A DNA stretch of 64,000 nucleotides from Candidatus Micrarchaeota archaeon (GCA_043821365.1 JBDRCX010000006.1:352001-416000); one strand, 5' to 3'; counted from the first letter of the stretch, positions 9,113 to 17,886 are shown. Translations and numbers: made by a program. The notes: generated from the sequence alone by a model not told the origin.

Positions 9113-10492
9113 TTAATTAGGTATTGGCGGTAATGGAATGGTGCCATTTGCTGTTCCATTTTGCAATTCTATAATGTATTTGACAAAGTCTATTGTGGAA
9201 TTTACAAGCCCAAATATGTACTCTGGATCCATCCCAGTCGCATTTGTATAATTGTAGTTTATACATTCAAATGCCATCGTTTGGTTCTGTATGTAACTAC
9301 AGTAGGTGGTGTTTTTGTGGTATGTTGCCTGCATCATGTTGCAACTGTCTTTGCTGTTTACATCTGTCATAGTATCGCAGATATTCTGTTCTTGTTGAAT
9401 AGTAACTCCAGCTGCGGTATCACAATCCTCAAGTTTGCTTGAATTGATTATCATACTACAATAGCTTTGATTTTTGTATACACCTGCCAATTCTATGTAA
9501 CAATTATCCTTGTATCCACTATCACTTATCAAAGTGCAAATTGTCGTATCTTTTGTTGTTAGCACTAACGATATTAAACAAAGATCTCTTCTTTGTCCCG
9601 CTGAATCACACAAATCTTTTCTTTTAAGTACGAGTGCCAGGTCCATTATGCATTTGTCCCTATCATTTCCTTCTTTTTCTATATAACATTTTACTAAGTT
9701 GGTGTACTGTCCCCGTTCATTGTAAAGAATTGAAGTTATACTCTCTACTAAAGTAGATGGTTTTGTTATATTCGCCCCGCTATCTTTGAATGTTGCTTGT
9801 ATCTCATAGGTGTGTATTCTACCATTTAGGGAGTAATTAAAATATTTATTATAAACCATACCTGTTTGGTTGTCTATGCACATTCTCCAGTTGAATTTTT
9901 TTGGTGAATTTGAGGATATACCAAACCTCGCAGCATCATTGAGAGAGATACTTGAAAAATCTATTTCGTAACTGATTTCTTCGCATTCATTTCCGTTTAT
10001 GGTTGTTGTTTCCATACTAGCATCAAGATTAAGGTAATTGTTCTCAATCAAATATGTAATGTCGTTTTTGTTTTTCTCTATTATCAAATCATTGAAGAAT
10101 TTTGATGATAAAGATTCAACATAATTTTGAAGATCTAGATCTTCATTTACATATGCACAGCTTTCATTTGCAGTGAGGGGATATTTTATGCACATTATGG
10201 TTTCATTTGTGAAGAAGAATGCTCTCTTGATTGACAATGGATTCTGGACAACTATACTTCTATTATCATAGTTCTTTTCTAACAGATATTCTGTTTTATA
10301 TCCATCTGCAATTTCAGTATAAGAGAACACATAATCATTTTCTCCGAGTCCAAATCGCATTCCTTTCAAAAGCAGTTCTTCTGCAGCTGTAGTATCCTCA
10401 GGTATTAATGGTTGCTGCATTGCAACTGTAAAATAAATTGCTATGATCGCTAGTACTGCAACAACCATAATTACTATCTTTTGATATCCCAT
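9113..10492 (-). CDS. membrane-anchored secreted protein with Cys-rich repeats
   Basis: N-terminal TM; repeated D-x-C...K/D-x-x-L/Y-C units in the C-terminal half; many N-x-S/T sequons. Confidence 0.7.
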   Translation of the reverse strand: MGYQKIVIMVVAVLAIIAIYFTVAMQQPLIPEDTTAAEELLLKGMRFGLGENDYVFSYTEIADGYKTEYLLEKNYDNRSIVVQNPLSIKRAFFFTNETIMCIKYPLTANESCAYVNEDLDLQNYVESLSSKFFNDLIIEKNKNDITYLIENNYLNLDASMETTTINGNECEEISYEIDFSSISLNDAARFGISSNSPKKFNWRMCIDNQTGMVYNKYFNYSLNGRIHTYEIQATFKDSGANITKPSTLVESITSILYNERGQYTNLVKCYIEKEGNDRDKCIMDLALVLKRKDLCDSAGQRRDLCLISLVLTTKDTTICTLISDSGYKDNCYIELAGVYKNQSYCSMIINSSKLEDCDTAAGVTIQQEQNICDTMTDVNSKDSCNMMQATYHKNTTYCSYIQNQTMAFECINYNYTNATGMDPEYIFGLVNSTIDFVKYIIELQNGTANGTIPLPPIPN

Positions 10493-10557
10493 TTATTCAC
10501 CTTAATTGCTAACATGTAGAAAATAATCCTTATTAAGTATTCCTACGAATTCTATTT

Positions 10558-11106
10558 ATGAATCTTGTGCCAAAATACGTTTTTTTTACTAAGGGGGTTG
10601 GGAAAAGTAGCGAACAATTAACTTCTTTTGAATTTGCTTTACGTGATGCCGGCATTGCACCATACAATATAGTTACTGTATCAAGCATACTGCCTCCAAA
10701 CGCGAAAATAATTCCGAGAAATGAAGGTCTCAAATTATTAAAGCCAGGCCAGATTCTTTTTGTGGTGATGTCACGGTTAGCATCAAATGAACCTAATCGT
10801 CTTCTATCCGCTTCAATTGGTTGTGCCATACCTTCGAATAGAAACAAGTATGGTTATCTAAGTGAACATCATTCATTTGGTCAAACCGAGGAGAAGGCAG
10901 GTGATTATGCAGAAGACCTGGCAGCGTCGATGCTTGCATCAACAATAGGCATGGAATTTGATCCAGACAAAGCATGGAACGAGAGAGAACAATATTTCAA
11001 AATGAGTGGGCAGATAGTTAGAACAAGAAATGTTACTCAATCTGCTATCTGTGACAAACATGGGAAATGGACATCTGCTATTGCAGCTGCTGTATTGATA
11101 TTATAA
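10558..11106 (+). CDS. pdaD: pyruvoyl-dependent arginine decarboxylase
   Basis: SFEFALRDAGIAPYNIVTVSSILPP (S-S self-cleavage site), GYLSEHH, KWTSAIAAAV. Confidence 0.9.
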   Translation: MNLVPKYVFFTKGVGKSSEQLTSFEFALRDAGIAPYNIVTVSSILPPNAKIIPRNEGLKLLKPGQILFVVMSRLASNEPNRLLSASIGCAIPSNRNKYGYLSEHHSFGQTEEKAGDYAEDLAASMLASTIGMEFDPDKAWNEREQYFKMSGQIVRTRNVTQSAICDKHGKWTSAIAAAVLIL

Positions 11107-11134
11107 TAATATCTATATAACATAAAATCATTCG

Positions 11135-11572
11135 GTGATGTTGATGGGTTTATTAGATTCTATTCTTGGAAAAGATTCTTCTGTTGAAGCGCCACCAAAG
11201 GCATCTTCCAATCCATTTAGTATTTCTATTGGGTTTGTACCTTTACGTCTCTCAGCACACAACAAAAGTTCTGTTGATCTTGTTGTCAAGATAAAAAATA
11301 CCTCACATTCCCCACAAATGGTTTCTGTTGACGTACTTCTCCCAAAGGCAACAATGCTTGGTTTTGATCCTGCCTGCATAAACAAGGCTGCAGAAAAAAG
11401 ATTGGGCGAATTGCAACCAGGGGATACAGTGGAAGCGCATCTCACCATGTGGTCAAATAATCAAACAAAACAAGGTAACTATCCAATTGAAGTTTCAGTT
11501 TATTCTCACTATATCAATTATGACAAAGTTCTCAATTATGTAAAGAAGAACACGAGTATTAGGGCAGTCTAA
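11135..11572 (+). CDS. hypothetical protein, predicted beta-rich Ig-like fold
   Basis: 145-aa ORF; likely start 11144 after GGTGA. Confidence 0.6.
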   Translation: MMLMGLLDSILGKDSSVEAPPKASSNPFSISIGFVPLRLSAHNKSSVDLVVKIKNTSHSPQMVSVDVLLPKATMLGFDPACINKAAEKRLGELQPGDTVEAHLTMWSNNQTKQGNYPIEVSVYSHYINYDKVLNYVKKNTSIRAV

Positions 11573-11829
11573 TCTTCTGTTGCATTCTTGAATTCTTCTA
11601 TTGTATTAGCTAGTTTCATTCCAGATTCAGTTAGTTTTACTATTCTCTTTTTACCCTTTTGATCTATTGTGACTAAACCGCCTTTTTGTAATTTTGTTAT
11701 TAATTTTGTCACATATACGTAGGTCGTATCTGTGCTCTTAGCAAGTTTCGAAAGGTGCCAACTAACTTCACTATCTTTTAGTGAAAGTAAGATCCTACAT
11801 GGTTTTGGCCTGGCAAAAATTGCAAACAT
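11569..11829 (-). CDS. small winged-HTH (MarR-like) regulator
   Basis: HLSKLAKSTDTTYVYVTKLITKLQKGGLV...KGKKRIVKLTESG. Confidence 0.8.
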   Translation of the reverse strand: MFAIFARPKPCRILLSLKDSEVSWHLSKLAKSTDTTYVYVTKLITKLQKGGLVTIDQKGKKRIVKLTESGMKLANTIEEFKNATED

Positions 11830-11856
11830 GAGCCCCTATACGTTACGCTCTTTTTA

Positions 11857-11894
11857 AAACCTATCATTTTCGACGTTCTTCTGACGATAGGTTT
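11857..11894. promoter_or_regulatory. 9-bp inverted repeat between divergent promoters
   Basis: AAACCTATC (11857-11865), 20-nt spacer, GATAGGTTT (11886-11894); overlaps TATA-like TTTTTAAA and TTTATAAA. Confidence 0.5.
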
Positions 11895-11965
11895 ATAAAA
11901 TCTCTCTCAGTAGACGTCATAGAACTTATCAATGCTCCCGCGCGGGGGGCCAATAGGGTGACGAA

Positions 11966-12181
11966 ATGGGAACAAAAATTGGATCTGAAAGAATTTCGAG
12001 AGAAAATGGATATCTGTACTATGTTGGTAAAGACGGCTTTGTTTGGGCAGCCCCAATGAAGCACAACAAAAGAGGCAGAAAAAAGAAAGTAGGAAGTGAA
12101 AGGGTCTCCAAGGAACAAGGCTTTATGTACTACCTTGGTAAAGACGGCTTTGTTTACAAAGCAAGATTGAAAAATTCCTAA
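11966..12181 (+). CDS. Cc1-like basic chromatin protein with two internal repeats
   Basis: Repeats R-[IV]-S-[RK]-E-x-G-[YF]-[LM]-YY-[VL]-GKDGFV; resemblance to Thermoproteus Cc1 is from recall. Confidence 0.75.
   Translation: MGTKIGSERISRENGYLYYVGKDGFVWAAPMKHNKRGRKKKVGSERVSKEQGFMYYLGKDGFVYKARLKNS
12024..12155 (+). repeat. exact 21-nt direct repeat inside the Cc1-like gene
   Basis: TTGGTAAAGACGGCTTTGTTT at 12024-12044 and 12135-12155 (111-nt period). Confidence 0.95.
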
Positions 12182-12205
12182 AATTTTTCTTCTTTTTTCT
12201 TTTCC
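12182..12205 (+). terminator. oligo-T terminator after the Cc1-like gene
   Basis: TTTTTCTTCTTTTTTCTTTTCC directly after the stop codon. Confidence 0.55.
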
Positions 12206-12329
12206 TTATATTTTTTAAATCAACCTTATCCAAATCCATATAACTCGTTCTAGTCTGATGGCCATTGTCATAGGGATTAAGACGAAGAAAGTCGGGATCA
12301 GCGAAAGCTACTGACAAAAAGGTGAAAAA

Positions 12330-12716
12330 ATGCGTGTAGTAATATCGGAAAAATCTGGGAAAAGTTATCAGTTTGAACTTCCAAAAGAAAAGGAAGTAAA
12401 CATTATCGGTAAGAAGATTGGAGAAGAACTCGACGGCAACCTTGTTGGGGCCGCTGGCTATGTTCTGAAACTTACTGGTGGAAGTGACGGCAGTGGGTTT
12501 CCTATGAAACAGGAAATTGCCGGGTCTGCAAAAAAACTTACACTTACTACTAATGGCGTTGGTTTCAAAGCAGAAAGAAATGGGGAAAGACGAAGAAAAT
12601 ATGCAAGAGGAAACACTTATTCTGCTGAAATTGTGCAGGTGAATACCCAAGTAAAAAGCGAAGGACCAACCACACTTGATCAACTATTTCCAAAAATAGA
12701 CAAGGAGAAGAAATAA
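12330..12716 (+). CDS. rps6e: 30S ribosomal protein S6e
   Basis: GKKIGEELDG...LKLTGGSDGSGFPM...GERRRKYARGNTYS. Confidence 0.95.
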   Translation: MRVVISEKSGKSYQFELPKEKEVNIIGKKIGEELDGNLVGAAGYVLKLTGGSDGSGFPMKQEIAGSAKKLTLTTNGVGFKAERNGERRRKYARGNTYSAEIVQVNTQVKSEGPTTLDQLFPKIDKEKK

Positions 12717-13903
12717 TGCAAGCTGAAATGAATATTGGAATGTTAGGCCATGTTGATCATGGTAAAACAACACTGACAAAATCACTTACAGGTAAATGGA
12801 CAGATACTCACAGCGAAGAACTCAAAAGAGGGATTTCAATTAGATTGGGGTATGCGGATGCGCACATTTATCATTGTACAAAATGTAAATTATATTTGAC
12901 AAGTGAAAAATGTGGTTGCGGTGCCACAGCAAAATTATCCCGTAAAATCTCAATTGTTGATGCGCCTGGCCATGAAACTCTCATGACTATAGTGATTTCA
13001 GCAACTAGCATTCTTGATGGAGTTTTGTTTTTGATTGCTGCAAATGAACCATGCCCACAACCTCAAACAGCTGAACATCTTCTTGTTCTCAATTCAACTG
13101 GAATAAAGAACATAATTATAGTACAGACAAAAATCGATCTCGTTACCAAGGAAAAAGCTCTTGAAAATTATAAACAAATAAAAACATTCGTTAAGGGTTC
13201 AGCTGCAGAAAACGCTCCAATAATTCCAATATCTGCAAATGCTGGTCTAAATATCGACGTTCTTTTGAAAACAATAACTGAAGTTATGGAAAAACCAGCA
13301 CATGATAAAAAAGCTGAATTAAGGATGTATGTGTCACGTTCATTTGATGTTAATAGGCCTGGTACTGAGATAAAAAATCTTCAGGGTGGAGTTCTCGGAG
13401 GCTCAGTTGTTCAGGGCGCTCTTAATGTAGGGGACGAAATTGAGATAAAACCTGGTATTGTTAAAAAAGAGGGTGGGAAGCTATCTACTGTATTCTGTTC
13501 TGTTCAAAGCATGATGGAAGAAACAGAGTCTCTTAAAACTGCAGAACCAGGAGGACTTATTGCAGTTGCAACAACCCTTGACCCATCACTTACTAAATCA
13601 GACTCACTTGTTGGTTCTGTAATTGGTAAAAAAGGGGAAGTTCCTGATCCAGTAGATACTGTAAATGTAAAATATTCATTACTTAAGCGTACAGACATCC
13701 AGAATGTGCCTCTTAGGGAAAATGAAATGGTAGTTATAAATGTTCATACATCTACTGCAGTTGGTCTTTTGGTAAAACTTGCCAAAGGAATAGCAACAAT
13801 AAAATTGAAGAAGCCAACTGTTGTTTACAAGGATATGCATGTGGCCATTTCAAGGAAAGTTGGACAACGATGGCGTCTTTCTGCATGGGGTAAAGTAGTC
13901 TGA
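12716..13903 (+). CDS. eif2g: translation initiation factor 2 gamma subunit
   Basis: NIGMLGHVDHGKTT, HSEELKRGISIRLGYA, DAPGHETL, PQPQTAEH. Confidence 0.97.
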   Translation: MQAEMNIGMLGHVDHGKTTLTKSLTGKWTDTHSEELKRGISIRLGYADAHIYHCTKCKLYLTSEKCGCGATAKLSRKISIVDAPGHETLMTIVISATSILDGVLFLIAANEPCPQPQTAEHLLVLNSTGIKNIIIVQTKIDLVTKEKALENYKQIKTFVKGSAAENAPIIPISANAGLNIDVLLKTITEVMEKPAHDKKAELRMYVSRSFDVNRPGTEIKNLQGGVLGGSVVQGALNVGDEIEIKPGIVKKEGGKLSTVFCSVQSMMEETESLKTAEPGGLIAVATTLDPSLTKSDSLVGSVIGKKGEVPDPVDTVNVKYSLLKRTDIQNVPLRENEMVVINVHTSTAVGLLVKLAKGIATIKLKKPTVVYKDMHVAISRKVGQRWRLSAWGKVV

Positions 13904-13904
13904 T

Positions 13905-15872
13905 TCAATTGTTTGGAAGCATTTCAACAACATCATTTGCTCCTACTGTTATAAATATATCCTCATTTTCTACTACGTAATTCACTGTTGATTCATACAA
14001 ATCCCACATAGAGTCTGTATAATTTTGTGGTCTTATTCTAACTAGGTTTGCAGATAAACTTAGGTTATATGGTGGTTCAAGTGCCGTGGTTTTATCATGG
14101 TCAGTGAAATAAGTTGGCCACCAAGATGTGTACTGAGTGTAATAATTATTCTCATGCATTTTTATGTTTATGAAGATTTTATCCGCGTTTCCGGTGTATT
14201 CTGAGAGTGCAGTTTGTATTATTGATTCTGAGTTTGCATCTCCATGCATATAACCAAGATTTTCCTCGTATAATTTTATTTCAACTTGCTGTGGCCTTAC
14301 ATATAAAAATTTTTTGAACTCGCCTAATTTCGCTTCATTTTGATTAACTACACTTATTTTTGCTCCTTTTTCTGCATAAATTTTTTCAAGTACAGCATCT
14401 GTATTCCCTGCGCCAGTTGAACCGACTATAACTGGGGCATACCCTATTGTATCCTTTATGAACTGATATCCGCCTGGGTTTTGTGTATAATTTCCAGTTA
14501 CAAGATCAAGTTCATGTTCTTCATAAGCTTTAAGTACATTGTACAGCTCTGTCTGATTCATTTTCGAAAGGCCAATACTGTCAAAATCAGCGTAAGCAGG
14601 CATTGGCGGCCTGAAGTGATAACAGACTGTTGCATAATTGGAATTTTTTAGTTTTTGAACTAATTGCGGATGATTTTTCACTAAATTTTGAAATACAGCA
14701 TCGTCGATGTAAATATCAACAGGAACTTGGTATTCTTCATGTGTGTCTATTGTTTTTTCTATTACATCCGCACTTTTTTCAGGAAAAACCCAGTCGTGAA
14801 CATTGAGTACAAAAGTTACATATTTTTTTTCTGATGTCTGATTATTCTGAGTCAAACTGATGTTATTATTGATTGTATAATTGTTACTATCGCCAATATA
14901 TTCATGGTACATTTGGTTTATTGTTTTCCACTCTAATTTTCCAGTATCAATGTATTCTCGTTTTATTTTTCCAAGCCAATTTTCAAACAATACATCATTG
15001 TTTTCAACTCTATCTGCCGACCCAATACTCCATGCAAAATAAACCATACTAGTGTTATCCGTATTGGAAAGCGCAATGGCCTCGTCAATCACTTCGAAAA
15101 ACACATCAATGTCATTTTGATCAAAATCAGCCATTGCTCCTTCTGGTAGATTTCCTGCTTTTTCTTCGCTCAATGCATAAACCACGCCTTCAGATGGGAA
15201 ATAAACTAGTTTTCCTTGTTCGTCATTCTCAAGCCAGTTCAGTCCAGAAGAAACTTTCCACGGTCTTAATCTATCTTCTAATTCAGTTGGGTATGTGTCA
15301 TGGCAAACCCCAGGTGCTTTACAATATTTAAATTCGTCTGGCCGTTTGTTTTCAGGCAATGACATAACACAGTATGCCACACCCCCTGTAGTGAACCTAT
15401 AACCTGCATCTATTGCAGCCGTTACCCAATCTAATTCAGAACAAATTCCAGATACATGTTCAATCTCACTTCCAGTTAATTGTTCTGCTTTCTTTTTCAT
15501 CAAACTAATGGTTTGACCAAATTCCTGCTGGGTAAGGTTTTCCTTTTCAAGATTACCTCCAACATCAGCATGCACACCTATTGAATGCCCTCTATTTTTT
15601 AGTTCTAATAAAACATTATCATCCCAATTTTTGCATCCGTCTATGAACTCTTCGCTCACTTCAAAAGTTCCTCTGAGTCCATATGCTTCAAGAGTAGTTG
15701 CCATCTTTCTTACTGCCTCTGCATGTCTTTCAAATGAAGACTCTTCAAAAGCTTCATTGTTCCAGCCTTCAACATGGATCATTATGCCAACTTCTAGTTT
15801 GGGTTTGTTATCAATAAACGTACACCCGAATAAGAAAAGTCCGATTAAACAGATCAAAATACCTTTCTTCAT
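13905..15872 (-). CDS. lipoprotein with two polysaccharide-deacetylase-like (NodB-type) domains
   Basis: Lipobox LFGC; IMIHVEGW...HSIGVHAD and LNVHDWV...VCYHFRPP metal-His motifs in two modules. Confidence 0.6.
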   Translation of the reverse strand: MKKGILICLIGLFLFGCTFIDNKPKLEVGIMIHVEGWNNEAFEESSFERHAEAVRKMATTLEAYGLRGTFEVSEEFIDGCKNWDDNVLLELKNRGHSIGVHADVGGNLEKENLTQQEFGQTISLMKKKAEQLTGSEIEHVSGICSELDWVTAAIDAGYRFTTGGVAYCVMSLPENKRPDEFKYCKAPGVCHDTYPTELEDRLRPWKVSSGLNWLENDEQGKLVYFPSEGVVYALSEEKAGNLPEGAMADFDQNDIDVFFEVIDEAIALSNTDNTSMVYFAWSIGSADRVENNDVLFENWLGKIKREYIDTGKLEWKTINQMYHEYIGDSNNYTINNNISLTQNNQTSEKKYVTFVLNVHDWVFPEKSADVIEKTIDTHEEYQVPVDIYIDDAVFQNLVKNHPQLVQKLKNSNYATVCYHFRPPMPAYADFDSIGLSKMNQTELYNVLKAYEEHELDLVTGNYTQNPGGYQFIKDTIGYAPVIVGSTGAGNTDAVLEKIYAEKGAKISVVNQNEAKLGEFKKFLYVRPQQVEIKLYEENLGYMHGDANSESIIQTALSEYTGNADKIFINIKMHENNYYTQYTSWWPTYFTDHDKTTALEPPYNLSLSANLVRIRPQNYTDSMWDLYESTVNYVVENEDIFITVGANDVVEMLPNN

Positions 15873-15884
15873 TTCATGTCCTCT

Positions 15885-16739
15885 TTATTTTTTCTGCTGA
15901 AATCCAAGTCCGTTTTTTGTTATCAGTACTGGTTCAATGCTCACTGGATGGTGGACGTTATTTGCAGCATCTTTTTGTTTTTCTATTATTTTTGTCATAA
16001 GTTCTTTGATTTTATCACTTGTTACTTTTGCATTACATAAGATTATTTCCTCAGTTGTAACTGTAAACACATAGAAGAATTCTGTTTCTCCACAAAATTT
16101 TACTAAAAAGTCAAAATATTTATTTGCAACAAGTAAAAATGAAACTGCAAGGTCATCTGGTACATTCAGTGAAAATATTCCTTCGTCTTGTTTTGTTATT
16201 TTTATTTTGCCTTCCTTCATAAATCCGTCAATTTTTCTATGAAGGTTTTCCATAATTGCAACAAAAAATTGTTTATCCGGCATTCCTATTCTTCCGAAAT
16301 CAGTGTTGCTTAGATATCTGTAACCTTGCCCAGTTTGAACACCTGAAAATATGTAAATTTCATGTTCTGGCCAATTCTTGAACATTAGTGGAAGATATCC
16401 CTGGTCCCATTCCACTCCTGCTTTTTCCGCTGCTTTTTTAAGTGCAGTCGGGTATCCAGATGCAAAATATCTGTCTTTTATTAATGGATAAATATTGTTT
16501 ATTTCTGGTTTTTCAGGCATTTTTCTCTGGTTGCCACTTGCTATAATTTGTACTATTTCTTCGACTGATTTCCCTTCTTTGTGCATTTTGAAGAAATCTG
16601 CTATCTTTATTTTTGTTTCTGCTAATCCTTCCCCTTGAATACAGAACCCATCCTCAGTATACCTTGTTAATAAGAATTTTTTCCTCTCAAATACTGTTAG
16701 CAATTCAGCTTCAAATTTGTCTATCTCTAAATCGTCCAT
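15885..16739 (-). CDS. hypothetical protein, DUF1444-like
   Basis: NIYPLIK...GYRYLSNTDF...AIMENL pattern recalls DUF1444; not confirmed. Confidence 0.45.
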   Translation of the reverse strand: MDDLEIDKFEAELLTVFERKKFLLTRYTEDGFCIQGEGLAETKIKIADFFKMHKEGKSVEEIVQIIASGNQRKMPEKPEINNIYPLIKDRYFASGYPTALKKAAEKAGVEWDQGYLPLMFKNWPEHEIYIFSGVQTGQGYRYLSNTDFGRIGMPDKQFFVAIMENLHRKIDGFMKEGKIKITKQDEGIFSLNVPDDLAVSFLLVANKYFDFLVKFCGETEFFYVFTVTTEEIILCNAKVTSDKIKELMTKIIEKQKDAANNVHHPVSIEPVLITKNGLGFQQKK

Positions 16740-16804
16740 GTATTATTCTTTTGGTCTTACTTTTAAAATCTTATGAGGAATAATATGAATTCTAGTTTCT
16801 AGTC

Positions 16805-16876
16805 AAAATCGCTTTGCGATTTTAACAAGTACTTGAAACCGAGTTTCAAGTTTCGCGAAAATTCCACTGAATTTTC
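16805..16876. repeat. three tandem perfect hairpins in the tRNA-Ser 5' leader
   Basis: AAAATCGC-TTT-GCGATTTT, ACTTGAAAC-CGA-GTTTCAAGT, GAAAATTC-CACT-GAATTTTC. Confidence 0.85.
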
Positions 16877-16881
16877 ACGAT

Positions 16882-17094
16882 GCTGGGGTCGCCTAGTCCG
16901 GTAGGGCGGCAGGTTGCTATGCGCTTTTTGGAAAAAGCGCCCAAAAACAGATTGTTGAAACTGCTTCGCAGTTTGGGTGTTATCATACAAGAAGCGTGTC
17001 CAAAAACTTAACGAAAAAGTTTTGATCCAACTTTTTCCAAAAGTTGGAAACCTGTTGCGCATTGCGTTCAGGAGTTCAAATCTCCTCCCCGGCG
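16882..17094 (+). tRNA. trnS: tRNA-Ser(GCT) with a 130-nt intron at 37/38 (16920-17049)
   Basis: Acceptor GCTGGGG/CCCCGGC, anticodon GCT at 16916-16918, long variable arm GCGC-ATT-GCGT, T-arm AGGAG-TTCAAAT-CTCCT, G73. Confidence 0.9.
16920..17047. mobile_element. palindromic repeat element (MITE/REP-like) forming the tRNA-Ser intron
   Basis: Left end TGCGCTTTTTGGAAAAAGCGCCCAAAAA; right end (inverted) TTTTGATCCAACTTTTTCCAAAAGTTGG; internal hairpins. Mobility is inferred. Confidence 0.55.
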
Positions 17095-17255
17095 AACGAA
17101 GTGAGCTGGGGGGAGTTTTGTTCGGTTCGCCGAACAATCATTCCTCCCCGGCGTTTTTATTATTTACATTTAGGGTAACAAGTCCAATTCTAATAAATAG
17201 CTCAAAATCTTAATTAGCGTTTATCAATTCCTTTATTATCCTTAGTCTACAACAT

Positions 17256-17882
17256 ATGTATGTGAGAAGAAAACCAATAAGCCAAGATCATGTTGCAGAA
17301 GGGCCTAGCTTTCGCAGATTAGAACGAATTCTTGGGTCAGAACCAGCAAGAGCCTTACGGGAAAAGGATGCTGTTTTTTTAGGTCAGCTTATGCCGATAA
17401 TTGGTAAAAACCTCAAAGGAAAGAAAATCCTTGAAATTGGTCCTGGTCATGGTTTCTTTGTTGAACTTCTTAGAGATCTTGGTGCAGACGCCTATGGCAT
17501 TGATTCTGATATCAATTCCTTCTACCACTACAATAATGCACTTTTTCAAGAATCAATCATTCGTTATGGGGATGCAAGCAACATCAGTGAAAAATTCCCA
17601 AATGAGCAATTTGATTATATTGTTTCAAATGCAGTACTGTGTCGTGAAGGTTTGGTATCATCTTTACACACTGTGAATCCTGACACTGGCAAATACTTTT
17701 CTGCAGAAGAAATGGCCAATAATATACACCGGTCAGTTTTTGAAAGTTTAAAACCAGGCGGAATTACATTCCATTCAACTGCAGAACCCATTCTAGGAAA
17801 TGAACAAACGCTGCAAGATATTGGATATGTAATTCTTTGTAGGACAAAAAACAATCTCATTCTACAAAAACCTGCAAATTGA
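17256..17882 (+). CDS. class I SAM-dependent methyltransferase
   Basis: KILEIGPGHG, AYGIDSD, FDYIVSN, LKPGG. Confidence 0.85.
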   Translation: MYVRRKPISQDHVAEGPSFRRLERILGSEPARALREKDAVFLGQLMPIIGKNLKGKKILEIGPGHGFFVELLRDLGADAYGIDSDINSFYHYNNALFQESIIRYGDASNISEKFPNEQFDYIVSNAVLCREGLVSSLHTVNPDTGKYFSAEEMANNIHRSVFESLKPGGITFHSTAEPILGNEQTLQDIGYVILCRTKNNLILQKPAN

Positions 17883-17886
17883 AAAA

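Noticed and set aside
12255-12300. Hammerhead ribozyme (CTGATG...GAAA)
   Set aside because: The core reads CTGATGG rather than CTGATGA, and stems I-III cannot be assembled.
16799-17213. ORF-track calls 16799-17137(-) and 16977-17213(+)
   Set aside because: They overlap the tRNA-Ser gene and its hairpins and have no protein-like motifs.
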